The position numbers and the translations under genes were made by a program. Positions 25,953 to 36,037 of a DNA stretch of 64,000 bases are shown here, piece by piece (within the stretch, counting starts at the first letter, position 1; each line of letters opens with the position of its first letter). The stretch spans positions 1,696,001 through 1,760,000 of the forward strand of contig CBDCXM010000009.1 in NCBI GenBank assembly GCA_965223855.1, given 5' to 3'. The DNA is from Candidatus Multivoradales bacterium (GTDB lineage: Bacteria; Acidobacteriota; Thermoanaerobaculia; Multivoradales; JAHEKO01). The notes beneath the pieces are model-generated. The model worked only from the letters and a program-made list of their open reading frames with translations. It was not told where the DNA came from and made no database searches.

Positions 25953-27677
25953 ATGATCGCCGACGTGAACAGAGTGCTCCTCGCAGTCCTGCTGGTGACG
26001 CCGATGCTCGCCTGCGCCTCGGCATCGCCGACGCCGCAGGTGCGTCAGACCTACTCACCGATCGAGACCGACGCCTCTGTCGACGCCGGGGAGCCGGTGG
26101 CCGAGCTGGCGCCGGCGGAGGCCGTTCCGGTCGACGCCTTCACCGACGAGGAGGCACCGCCGTCGGCGGAAGAGGTGCTGCGCCAGTCGCTCGAGGCGTA
26201 CGAATCCGCCGAGAGCTTCTGGATGGAGGGCGCCTACGAGGACGCCTTCGACGCGCTCGATCGAGCCTACGAGTTGATGGCGGGTGTCGATGCCGACGGG
26301 GAGGCGCTACTGGCCCAGGAGAAGCAGGACCTGCGGCGGCTGATCTCCCGCAAGGTCACCGAGATCTACGCTTCGCAGCGGACGGTGGTCGGCGACTACA
26401 CCGGTTCGATTCCGCTCGACGTCAACAGCTACGTCGAGCGCGAGATCGCCAGCTTCCAGGGGCCCGAGCGGGCATCGTTCCTCGAGGGGTACCGCCGCTC
26501 GGGCTGGTACCGGGAGCAGATCCTCGCCAGTCTGCGCGAGGAAGGGATGCCTGAGGAGCTCGTCTGGCTGCCGATGGTCGAGAGCTGGTTCAAGGTGCGG
26601 GCGTTGTCGCGTGCCCGCGCTCTCGGCATGTGGCAGTTCATCCCGTCGACCGGCTACCGCTACGGCCTCAAGCGCACCTCCGACATCGACGAACGGATGG
26701 ATCCGGCCAAGTCGACGCGAGCGGCACTCGCCTATCTGAGCGATCTTCACGCGCTCTTCGGCGACTGGCTGACCGCGATCGCCGCCTACAACTGCGGCGA
26801 GGCGCGGGTGCAGCGGCTGCTCCGGCAGCAGAGCGAGGGGTATTTCGACCAGTTCTGGGATCTCTACGAGAGGCTGCCGCGCGAGACGCGGCGCTACGTT
26901 CCGCGCTTCATCGCCACGGTGCGGATCCTCTCGGACCCGGCCGCCTACGGCTTCTCCGACCTCCCGGCGCCGCTTTCGCCGATGGAACTCGAACGGATCG
27001 AGACCAGGTCGAGGGTCCGGCTCGCCGACCTGGATCGACAGCTCGGTCTGCCCGAAGGGTCGCTCGCCGAGCTCAATCCGGAGCTGCGGCACAAGGCCAC
27101 TCCGGGCGGTCTCTACGAGCTGGCGGTGCCCACCCAGCGGGCGGAAGCGGCGCTGGCGAAGCTCGTCTCGATGCCCGAGGCCGCGCCGGCGGCTGCGGCA
27201 TCGGGCTCGGTCCACCTGGTCCGTCGAGGCGACACGCTCTCGAGCATCGCCCAGCGCTACGGCACGTCGGTGAACTCGCTGATGCGGCTCAACGGCATTC
27301 GCAACGCCAACCGGATCTCGCCGGGCCAGCGGCTGCAGGTCGACGGCACGGCCCCGGCCGCCGGCAGCTCGTCGGGGCAGCCGACGACCTACACCGTCCG
27401 TCGCGGGGACAGCCTGTGGATCATCGCCCGGCGCTTCGGCACGACGGTCGATCGGATTCAGCGCGACAACGGTCTGCGCGGGACGAACCTCACGCCCGGG
27501 CAGCGCCTCACCCTTGTCGCCGGCACCAGCGGACGCACCTACGTGGTTCGCAGAGGCGACACCCTCGGCAGGATCGCCAGCCGCAACCGCGTCTCGGTAC
27601 AGCGGCTGGCGCAGGTCAACGGCCTGACGCTGCGCAGCACGATCTATCCGGGGACCAGGCTGCGGATCCCCAACTAG
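25953..27677 (+). CDS. MltD-like lytic transglycosylase with three LysM domains (lipoprotein)
   Basis: Lipobox MLAC; PMVES, GMWQFIPSTG, AAYNCGE; three VRRGD(T/S)L LysM repeats. Confidence 0.93.
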   Translation: MIADVNRVLLAVLLVTPMLACASASPTPQVRQTYSPIETDASVDAGEPVAELAPAEAVPVDAFTDEEAPPSAEEVLRQSLEAYESAESFWMEGAYEDAFDALDRAYELMAGVDADGEALLAQEKQDLRRLISRKVTEIYASQRTVVGDYTGSIPLDVNSYVEREIASFQGPERASFLEGYRRSGWYREQILASLREEGMPEELVWLPMVESWFKVRALSRARALGMWQFIPSTGYRYGLKRTSDIDERMDPAKSTRAALAYLSDLHALFGDWLTAIAAYNCGEARVQRLLRQQSEGYFDQFWDLYERLPRETRRYVPRFIATVRILSDPAAYGFSDLPAPLSPMELERIETRSRVRLADLDRQLGLPEGSLAELNPELRHKATPGGLYELAVPTQRAEAALAKLVSMPEAAPAAAASGSVHLVRRGDTLSSIAQRYGTSVNSLMRLNGIRNANRISPGQRLQVDGTAPAAGSSSGQPTTYTVRRGDSLWIIARRFGTTVDRIQRDNGLRGTNLTPGQRLTLVAGTSGRTYVVRRGDTLGRIASRNRVSVQRLAQVNGLTLRSTIYPGTRLRIPN

Positions 27678-27774
27678 CCTGAACCTGGCCGCCTGCAGAA
27701 CTCGGGCGAATCGAGGACGGCCCGGACCCGACTGAGCTGGTAGCCTCGGCGCCTCACGTTGGAAAGGAGTGCGC

Positions 27775-28305
27775 ATGAAGCCCATCCGTTCGATCCTGTG
27801 GCTGTCGGTGCTCGCCGTCGTCGCTGCTCCGACGATTGCCGCCGAGAGTGGTCCTCAGGCCGTCTTCGAGAAGCTCAAGGCGATGGAGGGAAGCTGGGTT
27901 GCCCACGCCGAGGCACTCGACGGCCACGAGGCGGCTCCCGACGAGTCGGGCCGGCACGACTTCCGCGTCTCCGCCAACGGCACGGTGGTCATGGAGATCA
28001 TGAATCCCGACCATCCGCACGAGATGATCAACATGTACTCGATGGACGGCGACGACCTGGTGCTCACCCACTACTGCTCGAGCGGCAACCAGCCGGTGAT
28101 GAAGCTCGACGCGGATTCGCTCGCCGACGGCCGAGCGGCGTTCGACTACGTCGGTGGAGCCAATCTCGACCCGGCGGTCGACATGCACATCCATGCGACG
28201 ACCCTCGTCTTCGGTGACGACGGCTCGGTGGTCGAGGACTGGGTCGGCTGGTCGGACGGCGAGCCGGCGGGGACGATGCGCTTCACCCTGTCGCGCGGCG
28301 AGTAG
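27775..28305 (+). CDS. Secreted hypothetical protein (THYCxxGNQP motif)
   Basis: AAGGAG RBS, signal peptide, beta-rich His/Met-containing mature part. Confidence 0.75.
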   Translation: MKPIRSILWLSVLAVVAAPTIAAESGPQAVFEKLKAMEGSWVAHAEALDGHEAAPDESGRHDFRVSANGTVVMEIMNPDHPHEMINMYSMDGDDLVLTHYCSSGNQPVMKLDADSLADGRAAFDYVGGANLDPAVDMHIHATTLVFGDDGSVVEDWVGWSDGEPAGTMRFTLSRGE

Positions 28306-28323
28306 GCGGCCAGGCAGCCGTCA

Positions 28324-28836
28324 GTGGACGTCGCGGCGCTCATCGACGAGCTGGGGCGGGGCGGCCGCGCGCTGGTGAGCGCGCTCGGAGGGCTCTCCGC
28401 CGGGCAGGCGGCGTGGAAGCCGGACTCCACGAGCTGGTCGGCACTCGAGGTGGCGGCGCATCTGCTCGACGAAGAGCGCAAGGACTTTCGCGTCCGCCTC
28501 GCTCTCGTCCTCGAGGATCCCGGGAAGCCGTGGCCGCCGATCGACCCGGAAGGGTGGGTGCGTGAGCACGACTACGCCTCGTGGTCGCTCGAGGAGACGG
28601 TAACCGCCTTTGCCGACGAGCGAGCCTCGTCGATCGACTGGCTCTCCGGCCTCGGCGAGGTCGATTGGGAGCGGCGGCGGGACCATCCGCAGCTGGGGCC
28701 GCTGGCGGCCGGTGACCTCCTCGTTGCCTGGGTCGCTCACGACGCGCTCCACCTGCGGCAGCTGGCGCGCCTGCACCACGGCAGGGTGAGCGAAGCGGGA
28801 CGGCCGTTCTCGAGCAGCTACGCCGGGCCGTGGTGA
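28324..28836 (+). CDS. DinB family protein
   Basis: WKPDSTSWSALEVAAHLLDEE...WVAHDALHLRQL His triad. Confidence 0.88.
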   Translation: MDVAALIDELGRGGRALVSALGGLSAGQAAWKPDSTSWSALEVAAHLLDEERKDFRVRLALVLEDPGKPWPPIDPEGWVREHDYASWSLEETVTAFADERASSIDWLSGLGEVDWERRRDHPQLGPLAAGDLLVAWVAHDALHLRQLARLHHGRVSEAGRPFSSSYAGPW

Positions 28837-28891
28837 GCCGGCCGCCGCGAAAGCGCTGCCGGAGGTAGCGATCTACAGTCTCGGACTGCTC

Positions 28892-29158
28892 GTGGCGCTG
28901 GTGCTGACGGCGTCGGGTGCCCTGCTCGGGCTGCTGCCGGACCGGAGGCGCTTCTCGAGCGGTCGCCGGTGGGCCTGTGGCCTCACCGTCACCGCCCTGG
29001 TGGTGCTCGCCGCCTCGTCTCTCGGGCATGCCGTTCTTTCGCATGGTGCCGCCTCGCCGGAGCCCCTCGGCGGGGCCGGATGGCTGCGTGAGCATCGGCT
29101 GCCCCCGGTGCTGGTATCCGTTCAACTCCTGATGGTCTGGCTGCTGCGCCGCGAGTGA
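28892..29158 (+). CDS. Small hypothetical membrane protein (start uncertain)
   Basis: Three hydrophobic stretches; fills the gap before the convergent moeA. Confidence 0.4.
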   Translation: MALVLTASGALLGLLPDRRRFSSGRRWACGLTVTALVVLAASSLGHAVLSHGAASPEPLGGAGWLREHRLPPVLVSVQLLMVWLLRRE

Positions 29159-29180
29159 GCGGGCACGCGGCCGGTCCGGG

Positions 29181-30380
29181 TCAGGAGGGGAGGGGGAGCC
29201 ACTCGCAGCGATCGCCCGGCTCGGCGGCCGGCCGGCCGGCCGGGGCGCGGACGAGCGCGTCGGCGCGTCCGAAGCTCGCGAGGTCGTGGGAACCGGCCGG
29301 TCGCAACGGTGTGACCCGTGCCTCGCCTCCCTCGACGACGACCTGCGCGGGGAGGAACCGGTCGAGCCTTCCACCCTCCCGCAGCGGGCCGGTCAGTACG
29401 CCGCCCGAGGCGCCGTGCCAGAAACCGTCGTCGAAACCGAGCAGTCTTCTCAGGACGGGTCGGACGAACAGGGTGTAGGTCGCCATCACCGAGTTCGGGT
29501 TGCCCGGCAGCCCGAACGCCCAGCCGCCCGAGTGGCGCGCCGCCAGCAGTGGCTTGCCGGGCTGGATGGCAACGCCGTGCCAGACGATCTCGCAACCGGC
29601 TGCCAGGAGCGCGGGTTCGACATGGTCGAAGGCGCCCATCGACACCCCGCCGCCGAGGATCAGGACGTCGTGCTCCAGACCGCGTCGGATCCGGCGCGCG
29701 AGCTCTGCCGGGTCGTCGGGAGCGATGCCCAGCAGGGCGAACTCGAGGCGCAGCTCGCGCCCGGCGGCGGCGAGGAAGTCGCTGTGGGAGTCGCGCAACT
29801 GCCCCGGGCCGGGCTCGACCTCGGGCGGCACGACCTCGTCTCCGGTGGTGACGACCGCTACCGACGGCGGGCGGTGCACCGTCACCTCCCTGATGCCGTG
29901 AGTCGCCAGGTTGGCGAGCGCCGTGGCGCCGAGCGGCAGACCGGGGGGCAGGAGCGGGTCGCCGGCGCGCAGTACCTCGCCGGCGCGCCGGATGTGGGCG
30001 CCGCTCGGAGGCGGGGCGAGGACTCGCACCTCCGCGGTGCCTGCGTCGGTGTCTTCGATCGGCACGACGCGATCGATCCCCTCGGGAACGGGAGCGCCGG
30101 TCATGATGCGCACCGCCGTGCCGGGCTCGGCGCGGTGGCCCGGCGCGTCCCCCGCCGCGACGGTCGCGCTGACCCGGTAGCGCTCCCGAGTGGTCGCAGG
30201 CAGGCCGTAGCCGTCCATCGCCGAGACGTCGGCGGCCGGGATGTCCACCGTCGCCGTCACCCCGCGAGCCAGCACTCGGCCGAGCGCTTGCGGGCGCTCG
30301 ACGGCGAGCGGTTCGAGCGGACGCAGTCGAGCGTCGAGTGCCGCCCACGCCTCTGCTGCCGGAAGAAGGGGACGGTCCAT
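29181..30380 (-). CDS. moeA: Molybdopterin molybdotransferase
   Basis: SAMDGY, IMTGAPVPEG, TTGDEV, GGVSMG, IQPGKP and GLPGNP. Confidence 0.95.
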   Translation of the reverse strand: MDRPLLPAAEAWAALDARLRPLEPLAVERPQALGRVLARGVTATVDIPAADVSAMDGYGLPATTRERYRVSATVAAGDAPGHRAEPGTAVRIMTGAPVPEGIDRVVPIEDTDAGTAEVRVLAPPPSGAHIRRAGEVLRAGDPLLPPGLPLGATALANLATHGIREVTVHRPPSVAVVTTGDEVVPPEVEPGPGQLRDSHSDFLAAAGRELRLEFALLGIAPDDPAELARRIRRGLEHDVLILGGGVSMGAFDHVEPALLAAGCEIVWHGVAIQPGKPLLAARHSGGWAFGLPGNPNSVMATYTLFVRPVLRRLLGFDDGFWHGASGGVLTGPLREGGRLDRFLPAQVVVEGGEARVTPLRPAGSHDLASFGRADALVRAPAGRPAAEPGDRCEWLPLPS

Positions 30381-30530
30381 CGTCAGCGGGAGATCGGCGT
30401 CGCGGGGTTCATTGTGGAAGGGAGCATAGTGGGAGGGACTCGACCATGACAAAAATCAGTGCTACCATCAGCCGAAAATTCGGCGCCAACGTAGCTTCAA
30501 AGCGAAGGCCTGCCGAAGTCCGACGAGGCG

Positions 30531-31331
30531 ATGGTCATGAGGCCCCAGCAAATCGACAGCAAGCCCAGGCACTTCCAGTACCACGGCGACCTGGCGGAGA
30601 CGCCTTTGCCCGAGATTCTGGCTCGCGTGGCGCACTTCGACCTGCCGGGCCGCCTGGAGGCGGTCAAGGACGACCAGTCGACCGAGATCTTCGTTCGTGA
30701 CGGCCATGTGATTCACGCCCGCTCGTCCGACCTGAGCAACAGCCTCGGTGTCTACCTGCGGCGCGTCGGGCGGCTGTCTCAGGACGAGTTCCGCCGCGTG
30801 ATGAGGATGCGTCGCGAGTCTTCGGATCGGCTCGGGGGGCTGCTCATCGAGGAGGGGCTGATGTCCCCGCAGGAAGTCCGGGAGGCTATCGTGCATCAGA
30901 GCGAGCAGATCGTCTGGTCGCTCTTCTCCTGGTGGCGAGGTGAGCTGACGTTCAAGATCGGGCCGTGGGATCCGGTCGACATGACGCCGATCCATCTGTC
31001 TCTCAGCCGGGTGATCATCGACGGCATCAAGCGGGAGTCGGACGTCCGGCCGCTGATCGGTCGGATCGGCGGGCGGGCGACGGTGCTCGAGCCGACCTTC
31101 ACCGTCGAGGACACCGTGCTCCACGGTCTCGATGCCGACGACTTCAAGCTGCTGTCGATGGTCGATTCCAAACGGTCGCTCTTCGAACTCTGCGCCGAAG
31201 GGCCGCGGACCGGCAAGGACAACGCTCGCGGGCTCTATGCCTTCTACGTTCTGGGCCTGGTCAAGCCGGTAGGTGGCGAAGTGCCGGAGCGTTCGACGCA
31301 GTTGCGCACGATTCGCCCCGCTCGCGACTGA
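30531..31331 (+). CDS. DUF4388 domain protein
   Basis: GDLAETPLPEILA...IFVRDGHVIHA...RLGGLLIEEGL...LFSWWRGELTF. Confidence 0.82.
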   Translation: MVMRPQQIDSKPRHFQYHGDLAETPLPEILARVAHFDLPGRLEAVKDDQSTEIFVRDGHVIHARSSDLSNSLGVYLRRVGRLSQDEFRRVMRMRRESSDRLGGLLIEEGLMSPQEVREAIVHQSEQIVWSLFSWWRGELTFKIGPWDPVDMTPIHLSLSRVIIDGIKRESDVRPLIGRIGGRATVLEPTFTVEDTVLHGLDADDFKLLSMVDSKRSLFELCAEGPRTGKDNARGLYAFYVLGLVKPVGGEVPERSTQLRTIRPARD

Positions 31332-31454
31332 GAAGCCCGCCCTCGCGCGAGTTGCGGCCGGGATACCGCCGACGGAAGGCTGCAGCGGTGCCGTTCGCTG
31401 CTGTAGGATTCGCGCCCGAGCGGAGCCCGCCGGCATCCGTCTCCCACCTCCACC

Positions 31455-31826
31455 ATGCCGATCTACGAGTATCAGTGTGTCGATTGCGGCCAGCGCATCG
31501 AGAGGCTTCAGCGCCTCGACGACCCCGGCCCCGAAGCCTGCGACGCCTGCGGCGGGCGGATGGAACGGGCGGTCTCGGCTCCGGCGTTCCAGTTCAAGGG
31601 GACCGGCTGGTACGTCACAGACTACGCGGATCGCAAGTCGGCCGGATCGGACGGCGACGCCAAGTCGGACGGCGGCAAGGGTGGTGACTCGGGCGGTGAC
31701 TCGGCCGGTGATTCGGGCGGCAAGTCAGGAGGCAAACCGGACGCTGCCGGAGGCGATTCCCAGGGGACTTCGACCCCCCCGAAGGACTCCGGCAAGTCGG
31801 GCGCCGCGACGAGCGCGAAAGACTGA
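31455..31826 (+). CDS. FmdB family zinc-ribbon protein with low-complexity tail
   Basis: MPIYEYQCVDCG...CDACGG...FQFKGTGWYVTDY. Confidence 0.92.
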   Translation: MPIYEYQCVDCGQRIERLQRLDDPGPEACDACGGRMERAVSAPAFQFKGTGWYVTDYADRKSAGSDGDAKSDGGKGGDSGGDSAGDSGGKSGGKPDAAGGDSQGTSTPPKDSGKSGAATSAKD

Positions 31827-31861
31827 TTCCCGCTTTTCCTGCGTGCTACGCTGATTCCGGC

Positions 31862-32731
31862 ATGTCTGCGCCCACCGCATCGCAGGTCCTGGCGAGAGTC
31901 GGTCCGGCGCTCGAGCGCTTCTCGAAGGTGGTGCTGTGCCAGATCGTGAGGACGGAGGGGTCGACCCCCGGCACCGAGGGCTGGAAGCTCCTCGTCGATC
32001 CTGAGGGAGAGGCCTTCGGCAACCTCGGCGGGGGGGCCTTCGAGGCCCTCGTCACCGCCGACGCTCGCGAGATCCTCGCGCGACGAGGCGATCGATCGGC
32101 CCTCAAGCGCTACTACCTGACCGAGGACGCGGTAAAGGGCCAGGCGACGGGGATGGTGTGCGGCGGCATGATCGAGGTGTTCCTCGAGGTGCTGCGCGCG
32201 CCGACGGTGCTGGTCGTCTGCGGTGGCGGCCCGGTGGGCCAGGCGGTAGCGCACCAGGGAGCGCTGTGCGGTTTCGACGTCGTCGTGGCCGAAGATCGGC
32301 CGGCCTTCCGTCGCTCCGAACTGTTTCCGGAAGGTACGCGGCGGGTCGAGGTCGATCGCGACTACTCGGCTCCGTTTCTCGAGCCCTGGCACCACCGCCG
32401 GCTCGCCGTCGCGATCGTTTCCAGGTGCTGGGAGACCGACCTGGCCGCCTGCCGTTCGGTGCTCGATCAGAGGCCGCCCGGGCCCGACTGTCTCGGTCTC
32501 GACTATCTGGGGCTGATGGGGAGTCGGCGCAAGGTGGCACGAATCTCCTCGGAGCTCGAGAGCGCCGGTTACGACCTCGGCACCGTTGCGTGGCATGCGC
32601 CGATCGGACTGCCGATCGGTGGTGAGACTCCGGCTGAGATCGCCCTGTCGATCGTCGCCGAGATCGTCGGTGAGCGCCATCGCTCTACCGCGGGGGAGGA
32701 CGGACGTGACGAACCGGTTCGCATGGTCTAG
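31862..32731 (+). CDS. XdhC/CoxI family Moco-insertion accessory protein
   Basis: GSTPG, GNLGGGAFE, GMVCGG, YLGLMGSRRK, APIGLPIGGETPAEIALSIVAEI. Confidence 0.92.
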   Translation: MSAPTASQVLARVGPALERFSKVVLCQIVRTEGSTPGTEGWKLLVDPEGEAFGNLGGGAFEALVTADAREILARRGDRSALKRYYLTEDAVKGQATGMVCGGMIEVFLEVLRAPTVLVVCGGGPVGQAVAHQGALCGFDVVVAEDRPAFRRSELFPEGTRRVEVDRDYSAPFLEPWHHRRLAVAIVSRCWETDLAACRSVLDQRPPGPDCLGLDYLGLMGSRRKVARISSELESAGYDLGTVAWHAPIGLPIGGETPAEIALSIVAEIVGERHRSTAGEDGRDEPVRMV

Positions 32732-34586
32732 GGGTTTGCCGAAGAGCCCTCGGGCGATTCGGCCCGCGATCTTCGTCCTGCTCGCCGCCGTGTTCGCTGC
32801 CGGAGCTGTCGCGGCCAGCGACGGTTGGCAGTCGGCACCCCTTTACGGCGCCGACGTCCGCAGTCTCGCCTGGGATCCCTCGCAGGCCGGGCGGGTGCTG
32901 GCCGGAACCTCGGCCGGCCAGATCTACGAGTCTCTCGATGGCGGCCGCAGTTGGGCTCCGCCGGGGGTCCGCGTGGCACTGCCGGGGTGGGTCGTGAGTC
33001 GGCTGGCCTTCGACCCGCACCATCCGGGCCGGGTCTGGGCGGCGCTGTGGGCGCTGTGGGGGAGTGCAGGCTCGGTAGCGGTGTCGGACGACGGCGGCTT
33101 CACCTGGGAGGACCGCGGTGCCGCGCTGCCCGACCGTCAGGTCTACACCCTGGCGCTGGCACCCGATCGCGCCGACGTCGTATGGGCGGCGACTCGCGAC
33201 GGCGTGTGGGGGAGCGTCGACGCCGGCGCGACCTGGCGCCATCTCACCGAGGAGCTGCCGCGCCTCGGCAAGGTCACGAGCCTGCTGGTCGATCCGTACG
33301 ACCCGAACATCCTCTACGCCGGGAGCTGGCGCCGTGCCTACCGCAGCCGCGACCGGGGAGAGACGTGGAACGGAATCTTCGACGGCATGGTGCTCGACTC
33401 CGAGGTGTTCTCGCTCGTTCCCGGTCCTGGCGGCGAGGGGGACCTGTGGGCCTCCACCTGCGGCTGGGTCTACAACGGGCGCGATCGCGGAGGTCGGTGG
33501 ACGCGCTACACCAACGGGCTGACCCAGAGGAGGGTGCCGAGCCTCGCCGTCCTGAAGGGAGGGCGAATTCTCGCCGGCACCGTGGAGGGGGTCTTCGGTT
33601 CGGACGATCGGGGACGCAGTTGGCGGCGCGCCGGCCCCCGAGCGGCCGTGACTTCGATCGCGCCGCATCCGACCGATCCGACCGTGGTGCTCTACGGCAG
33701 CGAAGGGGCCGGCGTCTGGCGCTCGAGCGACGGTGGGCGGAGTTTCACCCCCTCGGCGACCGGACTCGTCGGCCTCCGGGTTTCGTCGGTGGTGCCGGCG
33801 CCCGACGGCATCGCCGTCTCGGTTCGAGACTCCGAGGGGCTCGACGGCGTCCACGCTCTTCGCTCGGGCGGCACGGCGCCGGCAGGAATCAACGAACTGC
33901 CGGAGGTGCTGGCGCTCGCCCGGGATCGGACGGAGCTGTGGGCGGCGACCGAGGCGGGGCTGTGGCAGCTCGCCGGCGAGCGTTGGGCGAAGCTCGACGC
34001 GCTCTCCGAGCGCCGGGTGCTCGGAGTCTGGGCGCAGGACGGCCTGTGGGCCGCCCGCTCCCGCGAGGCGGTGGCTGCAGGAAACGCCGAGCGGACGGTC
34101 ACCTTCGAGCCTGGAGGAATCGTCCGGGGTGTCCGCCTGTGGCGCGGCGAAGTGTGGATCGCGAGCGACGAGGCGCTCTTCCGATGGAACCTCGACCACG
34201 TGGCGCGTCTCGACACTCCCGCTCCGGTCAGGGGGCTGGCGACAGACGGTTCTCAGCTTTACGCGCGAACCGCGGAGGGGATCTTCGCGTTCGACGGCAG
34301 CGTCTGGAGCCCGCTCGAACTCGGGCTTCGGAGACTGCTCGAGACCGGAGATCCGCAATGGCCGTTGCTGGCGGTCCACTACGACGGCTCGGTAAAGCTA
34401 GAGGCCTCCGATCGTGTCGAGGCGTTGCCGCTCGAGGTTCCGGTGCCGCCACGCGAGATCGCCGCGGCGCTGCTCGTTGGAGAGAGCCTCCACCTCGCGA
34501 CGACCGGCTACGGCCTGCTGACGGCTCCGCTGCCGTCGCTACCGGCAGAGACGGAAGCCGCCGAGCCGGTCGAAGCCAGCCCCTGA
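32706..34586 (+). CDS. Secreted BNR/Asp-box beta-propeller protein
   Basis: Signal peptide and repeated SxDGGxxW boxes (SLDGGRSW, SDDGGFTW, SVDAGATW, SRDRGETW, SSDGGRSF). Confidence 0.82.
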   Translation: MTNRFAWSRGLPKSPRAIRPAIFVLLAAVFAAGAVAASDGWQSAPLYGADVRSLAWDPSQAGRVLAGTSAGQIYESLDGGRSWAPPGVRVALPGWVVSRLAFDPHHPGRVWAALWALWGSAGSVAVSDDGGFTWEDRGAALPDRQVYTLALAPDRADVVWAATRDGVWGSVDAGATWRHLTEELPRLGKVTSLLVDPYDPNILYAGSWRRAYRSRDRGETWNGIFDGMVLDSEVFSLVPGPGGEGDLWASTCGWVYNGRDRGGRWTRYTNGLTQRRVPSLAVLKGGRILAGTVEGVFGSDDRGRSWRRAGPRAAVTSIAPHPTDPTVVLYGSEGAGVWRSSDGGRSFTPSATGLVGLRVSSVVPAPDGIAVSVRDSEGLDGVHALRSGGTAPAGINELPEVLALARDRTELWAATEAGLWQLAGERWAKLDALSERRVLGVWAQDGLWAARSREAVAAGNAERTVTFEPGGIVRGVRLWRGEVWIASDEALFRWNLDHVARLDTPAPVRGLATDGSQLYARTAEGIFAFDGSVWSPLELGLRRLLETGDPQWPLLAVHYDGSVKLEASDRVEALPLEVPVPPREIAAALLVGESLHLATTGYGLLTAPLPSLPAETEAAEPVEASP

Positions 34587-34642
34587 CAGCGGTCGTCCTC
34601 CGGGGAGGGTCGGATCAGGGGCGGGGCCGACCTCGCAGGCGC

Positions 34643-36037
34643 TCAGCCGACGAGTTCGTCGGCTTCCTCTCGCGACAGGCCGAGCTTCTTCGCGTAATAG
34701 CGGAAGGATCGGAAGGTCATGCCGACGAGTTCCGCCGCCCGGGTCTGTACACCGCCCGAGCGATCGAGCGCCTGCTCCATCAGTTCCTTGCGCAGCGCAT
34801 CGAGATGCGCCTCCAGGTCGAGGCCGTTCTCGGGCAGCTCCGCCGCCCCAGCGGTCATCGAGCCGCCGCGCAGGAGATGGGTCGGGATGTCCTCCGCGGT
34901 CAGGGTGTCACTCGCGCTCAGCGCCATCGCCCGCTCGATCACGTTCTCGAGTTCGCGCACGTTGCCGGGCCACGCGTAGCGCTCGAGCATGCTCATCGCT
35001 TCGGCCGACATCCGCGGTTTCTCGACGCCGAGCTCGCGGCTGTACTTGTCGACGAAGAAGTCGATCAGGAGCGGAATGTCCTCGCGGCGGTCGCGTAGCG
35101 GCGGCACGCGGATCGGAATCACGTTGATCCGGTAGTAGAGGTCCTCGCGGAACTCACCGGTGCGGATCATCTGCTGCAAGTCCTGGTTGGTCGCGGCGAC
35201 GATCCGGGTGTCGACGCGCTCCTCGGTGTTGCCGCCGACCTGGCGGATCTTCTTCTCCTGCAGCGCCCGCAGCAGCTTGACCTGCATCGGCGGGGTCATC
35301 TCGCCGATCTCGTCGAGCAGCAGCGTGCCGCGGTTGGCCGCCTGGAACATCCCCTTCTTGTCGGAGATCGCGCCGGTGAAGGAGCCGCGCTTGTGGCCGA
35401 AGAGCTCGCTCTCGAGCAGGTTCTCCGGCAGCGCTCCGCAGTTGACCGACAGAAACTTGTGCGACGCCCGCGGCCCGGCGTAGTGGATCGCCCGGGCGAT
35501 CAGCTCCTTGCCGGTGCCGCTCTCGCCTTCGAGCAGGATGGTCGAACTCGTCTTCGCCACCCGTTCGATGAGGGCGAAGATCTCCTGCATCTTCCGGCTC
35601 TGGCCGACGATGTTCGAGAACTGGTACTTCTGCTCGAGCTCACGGCGAAGGTAGACGTTCTCGTCGATCAGCTCGTTCTTCTCGAGCGCCTTCTGGACGG
35701 TGACCTTGATTTCGTCGACGTCGAACGGCTTCGACAGGTAGTCGTAGGCGCCGAGCTTCATCGCCTCGATCGCCGTCTTGGTGGAGGTATAGGCGGTCAT
35801 CATGATGACCGAGGTGGAGGAGCTGCGACCGCGAATCTCCTCGAGCAGCTCGAGCCCGCTGCCGTCCGGCATCATGATGTCGCACAGAACGAGGTTGAAA
35901 TCGCCGCCGCTCCAGCGTTCGCGCCCCTCGCCCACCGACTGCGCGGTCGCCACCCGGTAGCCCTCCTCGACGAGGAGAACCTCGAGGAAGTCGAGCATGC
36001 TCTGCTCGTCGTCGACAACGAGGATGCTGGCAGTCAT
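34643..36037 (-). CDS. pilR: Sigma54-dependent response regulator (PilR/NtrC family)
   Basis: Receiver domain, [24 protein letters not shown] and HTH; located in the pilT-pilC cluster. Confidence 0.88.
   Translation of the reverse strand: MTASILVVDDEQSMLDFLEVLLVEEGYRVATAQSVGEGRERWSGGDFNLVLCDIMMPDGSGLELLEEIRGRSSSTSVIMMTAYTSTKTAIEAMKLGAYDYLSKPFDVDEIKVTVQKALEKNELIDENVYLRRELEQKYQFSNIVGQSRKMQEIFALIERVAKTSSTILLEGESGTGKELIARAIHYAGPRASHKFLSVNCGALPENLLESELFGHKRGSFTGAISDKKGMFQAANRGTLLLDEIGEMTPPMQVKLLRALQEKKIRQVGGNTEERVDTRIVAATNQDLQQMIRTGEFREDLYYRINVIPIRVPPLRDRREDIPLLIDFFVDKYSRELGVEKPRMSAEAMSMLERYAWPGNVRELENVIERAMALSASDTLTAEDIPTHLLRGGSMTAGAAELPENGLDLEAHLDALRKELMEQALDRSGGVQTRAAELVGMTFRSFRYYAKKLGLSREEADELVG

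Noticed and set aside
31680-31730. 12-bp GGTGACTCGGGC-like repeats
   Set aside because: They encode the disordered GDSG tail commonly seen on FmdB-family proteins.
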